Assembly: GCA_032718475.1 (NCBI GenBank)
Contig: JAUCBJ010002182.1
Coordinates: 1-64,000, forward strand
Length of the DNA: 64,000 bases
Direction of reading: 5' to 3'
From: Nemertoderma westbladi
Taxonomy: Eukaryota > Animalia > Xenacoelomorpha
The notes below the pieces were generated by a model. The model had not been told where the DNA came from, made no database searches, and worked only from the letters and a program-made list of their open reading frames with translations. Each line of letters starts with the position of its first letter. Position 1 is the first letter of the stretch. Positions 21,880-34,900 of this stretch are shown here, piece after piece. The translations under genes and the position numbers were made by a program.

Positions 21880-24800
21880 TTTGGCGCCGTTTCAATGTTG
21901 CTGTTGTGTCCGCTCGTTCGTGTTGGCGCCGTTTCAATGTTGCTGTTGTGTCCGCTCGTTCGTGTTGGCGCCGTTTCAATGTTGCTGTTGTGTCCGCTCG
22001 TTCGTGTTGGCGCCGTTTCAATGTTGCTGTTGTGTCCGCTCGTTCGTGTTGGCGCTGTTTCAATGTTGCTGTTGTGTCCGCTCTTTCGTGTTGGCGCCGT
22101 TTCAATGTTGCTGTTGTGTCCGCTCGTTCGTGTTGGCGCCGTTTCAATGTTGCTGTTGTGTCCGCTCGTTCGTGTTGGCGCCGTTTCAATGTTGCTGTTG
22201 TGTCCGCTCTTTCGTGTTGGCGCTGTTTCAATGTTGCTGTTGTGTCCGCTCGTTCGTGTTGGCGCCGTTTCAATGTTGCTGTTGTGTCCGCTCGTTCGTG
22301 TTGGCGCCGTTTCAATGTTGCTGTTGTGTCCGCTCGTTCGTGTTGGCGCCGTTTCAATGTTGCTGTTGTGTCCGCTCTTTCGTGTTGGCGCCGTTTCAAT
22401 GTTGCTGTTGTGTCCGCTCGTTCGTGTTGGCGCCGTTTCAATGTTGCTGTTGTGTCCGCTCGTTCGTGTTGGCGCTGTTTCAATGTTGCTGTTGTGTCCG
22501 CTCGTTCGTGTTGGCGCCGTTTCAATGTTGCTGTTGTGTCCGCTCGTTCGTGTTGGCGCCGTTTCAATGTTGCTGTTGTGTCCGCTCGTTCGTGTTGGCG
22601 CCGTTTCAATGTTGCTGTTGTGTCCGCTCTTTCGTGTTGGCGCTGTTTCAATGTTGCTGTTGTGTCCGCTCGTTCGTGTTGGCGCCGTTTCAATGTTGCT
22701 GTTGTGTCCGTTCGTTCGTGTTGGCGCTGTTTCAATGTTGCTGTTGTGTCCGCTCGTTCGTGTTGGCGCTGTTTCAATGTTGCTGTTGTGTCCGCTCGTT
22801 CGTGTTGGCGCCGTTTCAATGTTGCTGTTGTGTCCGCTCGTTCGTGTTGGCGCCGTTTCAATGTTGCTGTTGTGTCCGTTCGTTCGTGTTGGCGCTGTTT
22901 CAATGTTGCTGTTGTGTCCGCTCTTTCGTGTTGGCGCTGTTTCAATGTTGCTGTTGTGTCCGCTCTTTCGTGTTGGCGCTGTTTCAATGTTGCTGTTGTG
23001 TCCGCTCTTTCGTGTTGGCGCTGTTTCAATGTTGCTGTTGTGTCCGTTCGTTCGTGTTGGCGCCGTTTCAATGTTGCTGTTGTGTCCGCTCTTTCGTGTT
23101 GGCGCTGTTTCAATGTTGCTGTTGTGTCCGCTCTTTCGTGTTGGCGCTGTTTCAATGTTGCTGTTGTGTCCGTTCGTTCGTGTTGGCGCCGTTTCAATGT
23201 TGCTGTTGTGTCCGCTCGTTCGTGTTGGCGCCGTTTCAATGTTGCTGTTGTGTCCGCTCGTTCGTGTTGGCGCCGTTTCAATGTTGCTGTTGTGTCCGCT
23301 CTTTCGTGTTGGCGCTGTTTCAATGTTGCTGTTGTGTCCGTTCGTTCGTGTTGGCGCCGTTTCAATGTTGCTGTTGTGTCCGCTCTTTCGTGTTGGCGCT
23401 GTTTCAATGTTGCTGTTGTGTCCGCTCGTTCGTGTTGGCGCCGTTTCAATGTTGCTGTTGTGTCCGCTCTTTCGTGTTGGCGCTGTTTCAATGTTGCTGT
23501 TGTGTCCGTTCGTTCGTGTTGGCGCTGTTTCAATGTTGCTGTTGTGTCCGCTCGTTCGTGTTGGCGCCGTTTCAATGTTGCTGTTGTGTCCGCTCGTTCG
23601 TGTTGGCGCCGTTTCAATGTTGCTGTTGTGTCCGCTCGTTCGTGTTGGCGCCGTTTCAATGTTGCTGTTGTGTCCGCTCGTTCGTGTTGGCGCCGTTTCA
23701 ATGTTGCTGTTGTGTCCGCTCGTTCGTGTTGGCGCCGTTTCAATGTTGCTGTTGTGTCCGCTCGTTCGTGTTGGCGCCGTTTCAATGTTGCTGTTGTGTC
23801 CGCTCGTTCGTGTTGGCGCCGTTTCAATGTTGCTGTTGTGTCCGCTCGTTCGTGTTGGCGCTGTTTCAATGTTGCTGTTGTGTCCGCTCTTTCGTGTTGG
23901 CGCCGTTTCAATGTTGCTGTTGTGTCCGCTCGTTCGTGTTGGCGCCGTTTCAATGTTGCTGTTGTGTCCGCTCGTTCGTGTTGGCGCCGTTTCAATGTTG
24001 CTGTTGTGTCCGCTCTTTCGTGTTGGCGCTGTTTCAATGTTGCTGTTTTGTCCGTTCGTTCGTGTTGGCGCCGTTTCAATGTTGCTGTTGTGTCCGTTCG
24101 TTCGTGTTGGCGCTGTTTCAATGTTGCTGTTTTGTCCGTTCGTTCGTGTTGGCGCTGTTTCAATGTTGCTGTTGTGTCCGCTCTTTCGTGTTGGCGCCGT
24201 TTCAATGTTGCTGTTGTGTCCGCTCTTTCGTGTTGGCGCTGTTTCAATGTTGCTGTTGTGTCCGTTCGTTCGTGTTGGCGCTGTTTCAATGTTGCTGTTG
24301 TGTCCGCTCTTTCGTGTTGGCGCTGTTTCAATGTTGCTGTTGTGTCCGCTCTTTCGTGTTGGCGCTGTTTCAATGTTGCTGTTGTGTCCGCTCTTTCGTG
24401 TTGGCGCTGTTTCAATGTTGCTGTTGTGTCCGTTCGTTCGTGTTGGCGCCGTTTCAATGTTGCTGTTGTGTCCGCTCTTTCGTGTTGGCGCTGTTTCAAT
24501 GTTGCTGTTGTGTCCGCTCTTTCGTGTTGGCGCTGTTTCAATGTTGCTGTTGTGTCCGTTCGTTCGTGTTGGCGCCGTTTCAATGTTGCTGTTGTGTCCG
24601 CTCGTTCGTGTTGGCGCCGTTTCAATGTTGCTGTTGTGTCCGCTCGTTCGTGTTGGCGCCGTTTCAATGTTGCTGTTGTGTCCGCTCTTTCGTGTTGGCG
24701 CTGTTTCAATGTTGCTGTTGTGTCCGTTCGTTCGTGTTGGCGCCGTTTCAATGTTGCTGTTGTGTCCGCTCTTTCGTGTTGGCGCTGTTTCAATGTTGCT

Positions 24801-25496
24801 GTTGTGTCCGCTCGTTCGTGTTGGCGCCGTTTCAATGCTGCTGTTGTGTCCGCTCTTTCGTGTTGGCGCTGTTTCAATGTTGCTGTTGTGTCCGTTCGTT
24901 CGTGTTGGCGCTGTTTCAATGTTGCTGTTGTGTCCGCTCGTTCGTGTTGGCGCCGTTTCAATGCTGCTGTTGTGTCCGCTCGTTCGTGTTGGCGCCGTTT
25001 CAATGTTGCTGTTGTGTCCGCTCGTTCGTGTTGGCGCCGTTTCAATGCTGCTGTTGTGTCCGCTCGTTCGTGTTGGCGCCGTTTCAATGTTGCTGTTGTG
25101 TCCGCTCGTTCGTGTTGGCGCCGTTTCAATGTTGCTGTTGTGTCCGCTCGTTCGTGTTGGCGCCGTTTCAATGTTGCTGTTGTGTCCGCTCGTTCGTGTT
25201 GGCGCCGTTTCAATGCTGCTGTTGTGTCTGCTCGTTCATATTGGCGCCGTTTCAATGCTGCTGTTGTGTCCGCTCGTTCGTGTTGGCGCCGTTTCAATGT
25301 TGCTGTTGTGTCCGCTCGTTCGTGTTGGCGCCGTTTCAATGCTGCTGTTGTGTCCGCTCGTTCGTGTTGGCGCCGTTTCAATGTTGCTGTTGTGTCCGCT
25401 CGTTCGTGTTGGCGCCGTTTCAATGTTGCTGTTTTGTCCGCTCGTTCGTGTTGGGGCCGTTGCAATGTTGATGTTGTGTCCGCTCGTTCGTGTTGC
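21880..25496. repeat. 42-bp minisatellite (TTGGCGCCGTTTCAATGTTGCTGTTGTGTCCGCTCGTTCGTG), ~86 copies
   Basis: Directly visible; substitution-only variants, degenerate at the right end. Confidence 0.98.
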
Positions 25497-26148
25497 TATT
25501 ATCCGTTGCGTGCCATTAATGTCTCCGTACCTGAGCCGTCACCACGGCAACTCTCTGTATTCCTTCTCCCTTATGTGTCAGTAAACCCTCGTTCGTCGAC
25601 GTTAGTTGTTACATTGTTACATTGTTACATTGTTACTGTTTGTTTATGAGTAAAGGTACACAGTAGTATACAGTAGTAAACTACACAGTTGTAATTACGT
25701 ATTGAATGTTTTGCGTTGTTACGCTCGATGGTTAATGTCTCTTAATAATAATTCACAATTACCCTAAACACACAGATATTGAGATATTGTATCTCTATTA
25801 TACGTCCTAGTTTGGTGCATGGTACTCAGAGCGTTGATGTTATATTATTATAGCTATTAATAGCAATAATTACACAATCACAATCAACATGTTGTAATTA
25901 TTGCTACAGTAATTAGTCCCACAACATATTATTTGAAACAGTTCTAACAAGGCTTATTGGTTTTTATTTAAATACAATACACATTCTCCGGTATCATCAC
26001 AAAACATTTTCACTCAATATCTCTCGAACACTAAATATTCGTATTAATTTGCCATATTTGTCCTTTAATGCGATAATAATGTATTACATTATGATTATGT
26101 ACAGTAACAACTACATTTGATCAGTTTTCTAATATTATTTATTTCCAG

Positions 26149-26323
26149 GGCGATGTTCTCCAAACAGACAACCAAAGACTACAGACCCTATTGCAGTGTG
26201 GTGCGCCGACGACTGGTGCACCAGCCCCTCCCCCCTTCCGTATTGGTGGCACCAATGCCACAATGCCCCCTCCACCTCCCCCTCCCATGTTCTCCGGTGC
26301 ACCAGCCCCACCTCCACCACCAG
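26149..26323 (+). CDS. DAAM: DAAM-type formin exon: end of coiled coil and FH1 polyproline
   Basis: TTTCCAG|GGC...CCAG|GTTAGT. Translates GDVLQTDNQRLQTLLQCGAPTTGAPAPPPFRIGGTNATMPPPPPPMFSGAPAPPPPP(G); the phase-1 end matches the exon at 43195. Confidence 0.8.
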
Positions 26324-26647
26324 GTTAGTTACTCTTGGTTCAATGGAACTTGGATGCACCGCTCACCGTTATTGATTACAGCTATACCGCCATGTGTCCA
26401 TAGCGAGTTATTGAACGGAAATAGCCATCAGGCTGAACAAGACAGGAAAGTGGATCGAGAATGTATCAGACGTAAAGTTACAGTGATTTTGAGTTTTTAA
26501 TGTTTGGTTGGTACTATACAGCTTCCACGGCGTGCTTGCTATTAATTGCCTAGCTGGGAACTAGTCCCACCTCTCCACTACTCAAAGGGGTGAGGGTTTT
26601 CTTCGACTACACAAAGTATTATAGAGTTAGTGACTTAGTTCACACAT

Positions 26648-26797
26648 GTCCGTTCCTGTCCCAGGCAGGATAAGAGTAATGGAAGAGTAATGGAAGCTAT
26701 GAGTGTGCTGGATATTCATTCATTCAGTCCGTTCCTGTCCCAGGCGGGATAAGAGTAATGGAAGCTATGAGTGTGCTGGATATTCATTCATTCATCA
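26648..26797 (+). repeat. Duplicated ~70-80-bp segment with ATTC-repeat tail, probable SINE/LINE 3' end
   Basis: GTCCGTTCCTGTCCCAGGC...GGATATTCATTCATTCA occurs twice in tandem. Confidence 0.5.
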
Positions 26798-26926
26798 GAT
26801 AAGTCGGACGAGCTGACAATTATATTAATTATGAAATAATTAAAAACACGTTCTAAACATGTTCTTCCATGTACACCTTAAAACTTTATGCATTCTGTAC
26901 TAATGTACATAGGCCTACTGCCGTTA

Positions 26927-28984
26927 TTGATGCAATCAAAAGTTCAAAACCGCTTTGAAGCACTTCAGTCAATGGATGAAGACCAATCCACCAATTCAAT
27001 GTACCAGAATATAATAACAGCCTACAAGGAATCAGCTAAGAGGCATATCCCCCAGAAACCCAAACGAAAACAATATGTGCCATGGCAAAACTCTGAGGTT
27101 ACTTGTAAGAGAGAAGATCTTAAGATAGCCTACAAAGTTAAAACCGAACAACCAACAACCGAAAACATTAACAAGGTTGAGAAAGCTAAGGACGATCTTA
27201 AATTGGCCTACAACATCAGCCAGGAAAAGTACATACAGGATAAAACTGAAGCAATTACAACTGCTCACATACAGCAACAATCAAGACTTACCTGGCAAAC
27301 TGTAAATGAGGTATCTGGTCGGAAAAGTTGTGCAAAGGGGCGCCTCAAAGCCGATAGTCCTGAAGAACGTGTTGGGAAGTTGAAAAATCACTTCAGCAAC
27401 TTGCTTGGGCAGCCACCAAACATCGAGGTCAGACCGACAAGGAAAATATATGACAAGACACTACCTATAGAAACAGGGGACTTCACACCCGCCGAACTCC
27501 AAAGAAGCATTAAAAGCATGTCCAATAATAAAGCGAGTGGATTAGATGAAATCCCAGCGGAGGTATGGAAAACCGGAGTGCTAAACAGACCATTATTGAA
27601 TGTTTGCAACCGGATGTTAAAAGGGGAAAAGCCACCACCAATTTGGACTAAAGGTCAACTAAAGCCTCTCCGCAAGAAAGGAGACCTCGGCATACCAACA
27701 AACTATCGTGGGATCTGTCTGCTTGTGGTAGCTGCCAAAATATACAATAAAATGATTCTATATAGGATTAGGCCTCACATAGAGAAACTACTGCGTAAGA
27801 GCCTAAACGGATTTCGACCAAGTAGATCAACAATAGCTCAGATACTTGCACTACGGAGACTGATTGAAGGAATTAAGTCAAAGAATCTCCCCGCAGTCAT
27901 GACTTTTGTGGACTTCAAGAAGGCATTCGACTCCATCCATAGAGGTAAAATGATTAAAATCCTAAGAGCTTATGGAATACCAGAAGTAATTGTTGCTGGC
28001 ATTGGATTGTTATATTGTGACACAGAAGCGCAGGTACTCTCACCAGATGGTGAAACTGAGTTTTTCTCAATTCTGGCTGGCGTACTGCAAGGTGACACAT
28101 TAGCACCATTACTATTTGTAATTGTGATGGATTACGCAATGAGGACGGCCACAAACGGTGAAGATCTGGGATTCACACTTCAAGAACGCAGAAGTAGTAG
28201 ATATCCGGCAACCAGTCACAGACACCGACTTTGCGGATGACATCGCCCTGCTCTCTAATACGCTAGCAGATGCACAGCTTGTACTAAATAAAGTGGAGAG
28301 GGCTGCTAAGGAGGTTGGATTGCATATAAATGCTACAAAGACCGAATTCATGATCTTTAATGTTGATGGAAACTTGACAACCATTGATAATAATCAACTA
28401 AGGAAGGTCGATGACTTCCAGTACCTTGGATCATGGATAGAGAGTAGCAAAAAGGACATAGAAGTTAGGAAAGCAAAGGCTTGGGTAGCTCTATCAAAAA
28501 TGGATACCATCTGGAAATCAGATCTCTCCAGGCACCTGAAGACTACGTTCTTTCGAGCCACAGTGGAAAGTGTATTTTTATACGGGGGTGAGACCTGGAC
28601 ACTGACTAAATCACTTGAACAACGAATTGATTGTTGCTACACAAGACTACTAAGGGCAACCCTAAACATCAGCTGGAGACAACACATGACAAACGCCGAG
28701 CTTTATGGTACAATACCGCCTGTATCAACCACCCTCCGTGAACGCAGATTAAGATTCAGTGGGCACTGCTGGCGAAGTAAAGACGAGGTCATACCAGATC
28801 TACTTTTCTGGCAACCAACTCATGGAAAGCGTAGTCGTGGACGACCGGCCATAACATATATAGATCAACTTGAAAGGGATACTGAACTTATGAGAAACGA
28901 AATTGCAACAACTATGGAGAATCGGGAAGCGTGGAAGGATCTCATTTCCACTGTCCGAGTTCGCTCGACCTAGTAGTAGTAGTA
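26927..28984 (+). mobile_element. 5'-truncated RTE-clade non-LTR retrotransposon with one frameshift
   Basis: ORFs 26888-28240 and 28158-28973 join into an RT (KASGLDEIP, NYRGICL, FVDFKKAFDS, GVLQGDTLAP, FADD, FQYLGS) with an RTE-type C-terminus (RRLRFSGHC, RGRP) and a (TAG)n tail at 28971-28984. Frameshift near 28210; no endonuclease domain. Confidence 0.9.
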
Positions 28985-31900
28985 TTGGTTTACTGAAGTA
29001 CACCTCCACAACCCATCCTCCCGTTGTTGCGTTCCTGTTATTCAGTACACATTGGTTTACTCAAGTACACCCCCACAACCCATCCTCCCGTTGTCGCGTT
29101 CCTGTTATTCAGTACACATTGGTTTACTCAAGTACACCTCCACTATCCATCCTCCCGTTGTTGCGTTCCTGTTATTCAGTACACATTGGTTTACTCAAGT
29201 ACACCTCCACAACCCATCATCCCGTTGTTGCGTTCCTGTTATTCAGTACACATTGGTTTACTCAAGTACACATCCACAACCACAACCCATCCTCCCGTTG
29301 TTGCGTTCCTGTTATTCAGTACACATTGGTTTACTCAAGTACACCTCCACAACCACAACCCACCCTCCCGTTGTTGCGTTCCTGTTATTCAGTACACATT
29401 GGTTTACTCAAGTACACCTCCACAACCACAACCCACCCTCCCGTTGTTGCGTTCCTGTTATTCAGTACACATTGGTTTACTCAAGTACACCTCCACAACC
29501 CATCATCCCGTTGTTGCGTTCCTGTTATTCAGTACACATTGGTTTACTCAAGTACACATCCACAACCACAACCCATCCTCCCGTTGTTGCGTTCCTGTTA
29601 TTTAGTACACATTGGTTTACTCAAGTACACCTCCACTATCCATCCTCCCGTTGTTGCGTTCCTGTTATTCAGTACACATTGGTTTACTCAAGTACACCTC
29701 CACAACCCATCCTCCCGTTGTTGCGTTCCTGTTATTCAGTACACATTGGTTTACTCAAGTACACCTCCACAACCCATCCTCCCGTTGTTGCGTTCCTGTT
29801 ATTCAGTACACATTGGTTTACTCAAGTACACCTCCACAACCCATCCCCCCGTTGTTGCGTTCCTGTTATTTAGTACACATTGGTTTACTCAAGTACACCT
29901 CCACTATCCATCCTCCCGTTGTTGCGTTCCTGTTATTCAGTACACATTGGTTTACTCAAGTACACCTCCACAACCCATCATCCCGTTGTTGCGTTCCTGT
30001 TATTCAGTACACATTGGTTTACTCAAGTACACATCCACAACCACAACCCATCCTCCCGTGGTTGCGTTCCTGTTATTCAGTACACCTTGGTTTACTCAAG
30101 TACACCTCCACAACCACAACCCATCCTCCCGTGGTTGCGTTCCTGTTATTCAGTACACATTGGTTTACTCAAGTACACCTCCACAACCCATCATCCCGTT
30201 GTTGCGTTCCTGTTATTCAGTACACATTGGTTTACTCAAGTACACCTCCACAACCCATCATCCCGTTGTTGCGTTCCTGTTATTCAGTACACATTGGTTT
30301 ACTCAAGTACACCTCCACAACCCATCATCCCGTTGTTGCGTTCCTGTTATTCAGTACACATTGGTTTACTCAAGTACACCTCCACAACCCATCATCCCGT
30401 TGTTGCGTTCCTGTTATTCAGTACACATTGGTTTACTCAAGTACACCTCCACAACCCATCCCCCCGTTGTTGCGTTCCTGTTATTCAGTACACATTGGTT
30501 TACTCAAGTACACCTCCACAACCCATCCCCCCGTTGTTGCGTTCCTGTTATTCAGTACACATTGGTTTACTCAAGTACACCTCCACAACCCATCATCCCG
30601 TTGTTGCGTTCCTGTTATTCAGTACACATTGGTTTACTCAAGTACACCTCCACAACCCATCATCCCGTTGTTGCGTTCCTGTTATTCAGTACACATTGGT
30701 TTACTCAAGTACACCTCCACAACCCATCATCCCGTTGTTGCGTTCCTGTTATTCAGTACACATTGGTTTACTCAAGTACACCTCCACAACCCATCATCCC
30801 GTTGTTGCGTTCCTGTTATTCAGTACACATTGGTTTACTCAAGTACACCTCCACAACCCATCCCCCCGTTGTTGCGTTCCTGTTATTCAGTACACATTGG
30901 TTTACTCAAGTACACCTCCACAACCCATCATCCCGTTGTTGCGTTCCTGTTATTCAGTACACATTGGTTTACTCAAGTACACCTCCACAACCCATCATCC
31001 CGTTGTTGCGTTCCTGTTATTCAGTACACATTGGTTTACTCAAGTACACATCCACAACCACAACCCATCCTCCCGTGGTTGCGTTCCTGTTATTCAGTAC
31101 ACATTGGTTTACTCAAGTACACCTCCACAACCACAACCCATCCCCCCGTTGTTGCGTTCCTGTTATTCAGTACACATTGGTTTACTCAAGTACACCTCCA
31201 CAACCCATCATCCCGTTGTTGCGCTCCTGTTATTCAGTACACATTGGTTTACTCAAGTACACCTCCACAACCCATCCCCCCGTTGTTGCGTTCCTGTTAT
31301 TCAGTACACATTGGTTTACTCAAGTACACCTCCACAACCCATCATCCCGTTGTTGCGTTCCTGTTATTCAGTACACATTGGTTTACTCAAGTACACATCC
31401 ACAACCACAACCCATCCTCCCGTGGTTGCGTTCCTGTTATTCAGTACACCTTGGTTTACTCAAGTACACCTCCACAACCCATCATCTCGTTGTTGCGTTC
31501 CTGTTATTCAGTACACCTTGGTTTACTCAAGTACACCTCCACAACCCATCATCTCGTTGTTGCGTTCCTGTTATTCAGTACACCTTGGTTTACTCAAGTA
31601 CACCTCCACAACCCATCCTCCCGTTGTTGCGTTCCTGTTATTCAGTACACATTGGTTTACTCAAGTACACCTCCACAACCACAACCCATCCTCCCGTGGT
31701 TGCGTTCCTGTTATTCAGTACACATTGGTTTACTCAAGTACACCTCCACAACCACAACCCACCCTCCCGTTGTTGCGTTCCTGTTATTCAGTACACATTG
31801 GTTTACTCAAGTACACCTCCACAACCCATCATCCCGTTGTTGCGTTCCTGTTATTCAGTACACATTGGTTTACTCAAGTACACCTCCACAACCCATCATC

Positions 31901-34900
31901 TCGTTGTTGCGTTCCTGTTATTCAGTACACCTTGGTTTACTCAAGTACACCTCCACAACCACAACCCATCCTCCCGTGGTTGCGTTCCTGTTATTCAGTA
32001 CACATTGGTTTACTCAAGTACACCTCCACAACCACAACCCACCCTCCCGTTGTTGCGTTCCTGTTATTCAGTACACATTGGTTTACTCAAGTACACCTCC
32101 ACAACCCATCATCCCGTTGTTGCGTTCCTGTTATTCAGTACACATTGGTTTACTCAAGTACACCTCCACAACCCACCCTCCCGTTGTTGCGTTCCTGTTA
32201 TTCAGTACACATTGGTTTACTCAAGTACACCTCCACAACCCATCATCCCGTTGTTGCGTTCCTGTTATTCAGTACACATTGGTTTACTCAAGTACACCTC
32301 CACAACCCATCATCTCGTTGTTGCGTTCCTGTTATTCAGTACACATTGGTTTACTCAAGTACACCTCCACAACCCATCATCCCGTTGTTGCGTTCCTGTT
32401 ATTCAGTACACATTGGTTTACTCAAGTACACCTCCACAACCACAACCCACCCTCCCGTTGTTGCGTTCCTGTTATTCAGTACACATTGGTTTACTCAAGT
32501 ACACCTCCACAACCCACCCTCCCGTTGTTGCGTTCCTGTTATTCAGTACACATTGGTTTACTCAAGTACACCTCCACAACCCATCATCCCGTTGTTGCGT
32601 TCCTGTTATTCAGTACACATTGGTTTACTCAAGTACACCTCCACAACCCATCATCTCGTTGTTGCGTTCCTGTTATTCAGTACACATTGGTTTACTCAAG
32701 TACACCTCCACAACCACAACCCACCCTCCCGTTGTTGCGTTCCTGTTATTCAGTACACATTGGTTTACTCAAGTACACCTCCACAACCCACCCTCCCGTT
32801 GTTGCGTTCCTGTTATTCAGTACACATTGGTTTACTCAAGTACACCTCCACAACCCATCATCCCGTTGTTGCGTTCCTGTTATTCAGTACACATTGGTTT
32901 ACTCAAGTACACCTCCACAACCCATCATCCCGTTGTTGCGTTCCTGTTATTCAGTACACATTGGTTTACTCAAGTACACCTCCACAACCCATCATCTCGT
33001 TGTTGCGTTCCTGTTATTCAGTACACATTGGTTTACTCAAGTACACCTCCACAACCCATCATCCCGTTGTTGCGTTCCTGTTATTCAGTACACATTGGTT
33101 TACTCAAGTACACCTCCACAACCCATCATCTCGTTGTTGCGTTCCTGTTATTCAGTACACCTTGGTTTACTCAAGTACACCTCCACAACCACAACCCATC
33201 CTCCCGTGGTTGCGTTCCTGTTATTCAGTACACATTGGTTTACTCAAGTACACCTCCACAACCACAACCCACCCTCCCGTTGTTGCGTTCCTGTTATTCA
33301 GTACACATTGGTTTACTCAAGTACACCTCCACAACCCATCATCCCGTTGTTGCGTTCCTGTTATTCAGTACACATTGGTTTACTCAAGTACACCTCCACA
33401 ACCCATCACCCCGTTGTTGCGTTCCTGTTATTCAGTACACATTGGTTTACTCAAGTACACCTCCACAATCCATCCTCCCGTTGTTGCGTTCCTGTTATTC
33501 AGTACACATTGGTTTACTCAAGTACACCTCCACAACCCATCATCCCGTTGTTGCGTTCCTGTTATTCAGTACACATTGGTTTACTCAAGTACACCTCCAC
33601 AACCCATCATCCCGTTGTTGCGTTCCTGTTATTCAGTACACATTGGTTTACTCAAGTACACCTCCACAACCCATCATCCCGTTGTTGCGTTCCTGTTATT
33701 CAGTACACATTGGTTTACTCAAGTACACCTCCACAACCCATCATCCCGTTGTTGCGTTCCTGTTATTCAGTACACATTGGTTTACTCAAGTACACCTCCA
33801 CAACCACAACCCATCCTCCCGTTGTTGCGTTCCTGTTATTCAGTACACATTGGTTTACTCAAGTACACCTCCACAACCCATCATCCCGTTGTTGCGTTCC
33901 TGTTATTCAGTACACATTGGTTTACTCAAGTACACCTCCACTATCCATCCTCCCGTTGTTGCGTTCCTGTTATTCAGTACACATTGGTTTACTCAAGTAC
34001 ACCTCCACAACCCATCCTCCCGTTGTTGCGTTCCTGTTATTCAGTACACATTGGTTTACTCAAGTACACCTCCACAACCCATCCTCCCGTTGTTGCGTTC
34101 CTGTTATTCAGTACACATTGGTTTACTCAAGTACACCTCCACAACCCATCCCCCCGTTGTTGCGTTCCTGTTATTCAGTACACATTGGTTTACTCAAGTA
34201 CACCTCCACTATCCATCCTCCCGTTGTTGCGTTCCTGTTATTCAGTACACATTGGTTTACTCAAGTACACCTCCACAACCCATCATCCCGTTGTTGCGTT
34301 CCTGTTATTCAGTACACATTGGTTTACTCAAGTACACATCCACAACCACAACCCATCCTCCCGTGGTTGCGTTCCTGTTATTCAGTACACCTTGGTTTAC
34401 TCAAGTACACCTCCACAACCACAACCCATCCTCCCGTGGTTGCGTTCCTGTTATTCAGTACACATTGGTTTACTCAAGTACACCTCCACAACCCATCATC
34501 CCGTTGTTGCGTTCCTGTTATTCAGTACACATTGGTTTACTCAAGTACACCTCCACAACCCATCATCCCGTTGTTGCGTTCCTGTTATTCAGTACACATT
34601 GGTTTACTCAAGTACACCTCCACAACCCATCATCCCGTTGTTGCGTTCCTGTTATTCAGTACACATTGGTTTACTCAAGTACACCTCCACAACCCATCAT
34701 CCCGTTGTTGCGTTCCTGTTATTCAGTACACATTGGTTTACTCAAGTACACCTCCACAACCCATCCCCCCGTTGTTGCGTTCCTGTTATTCAGTACACAT
34801 TGGTTTACTCAAGTACACCTCCACAACCCATCCCCCCGTTGTTGCGTTCCTGTTATTCAGTACACATTGGTTTACTCAAGTACACCTCCACAACCCATCA

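Noticed and set aside
15630-26148. Upstream DAAM (GBD/FH3) exons
   Set aside because: No convincing DAAM-like reading frame with splice sites found by eye; short exons could have been missed.
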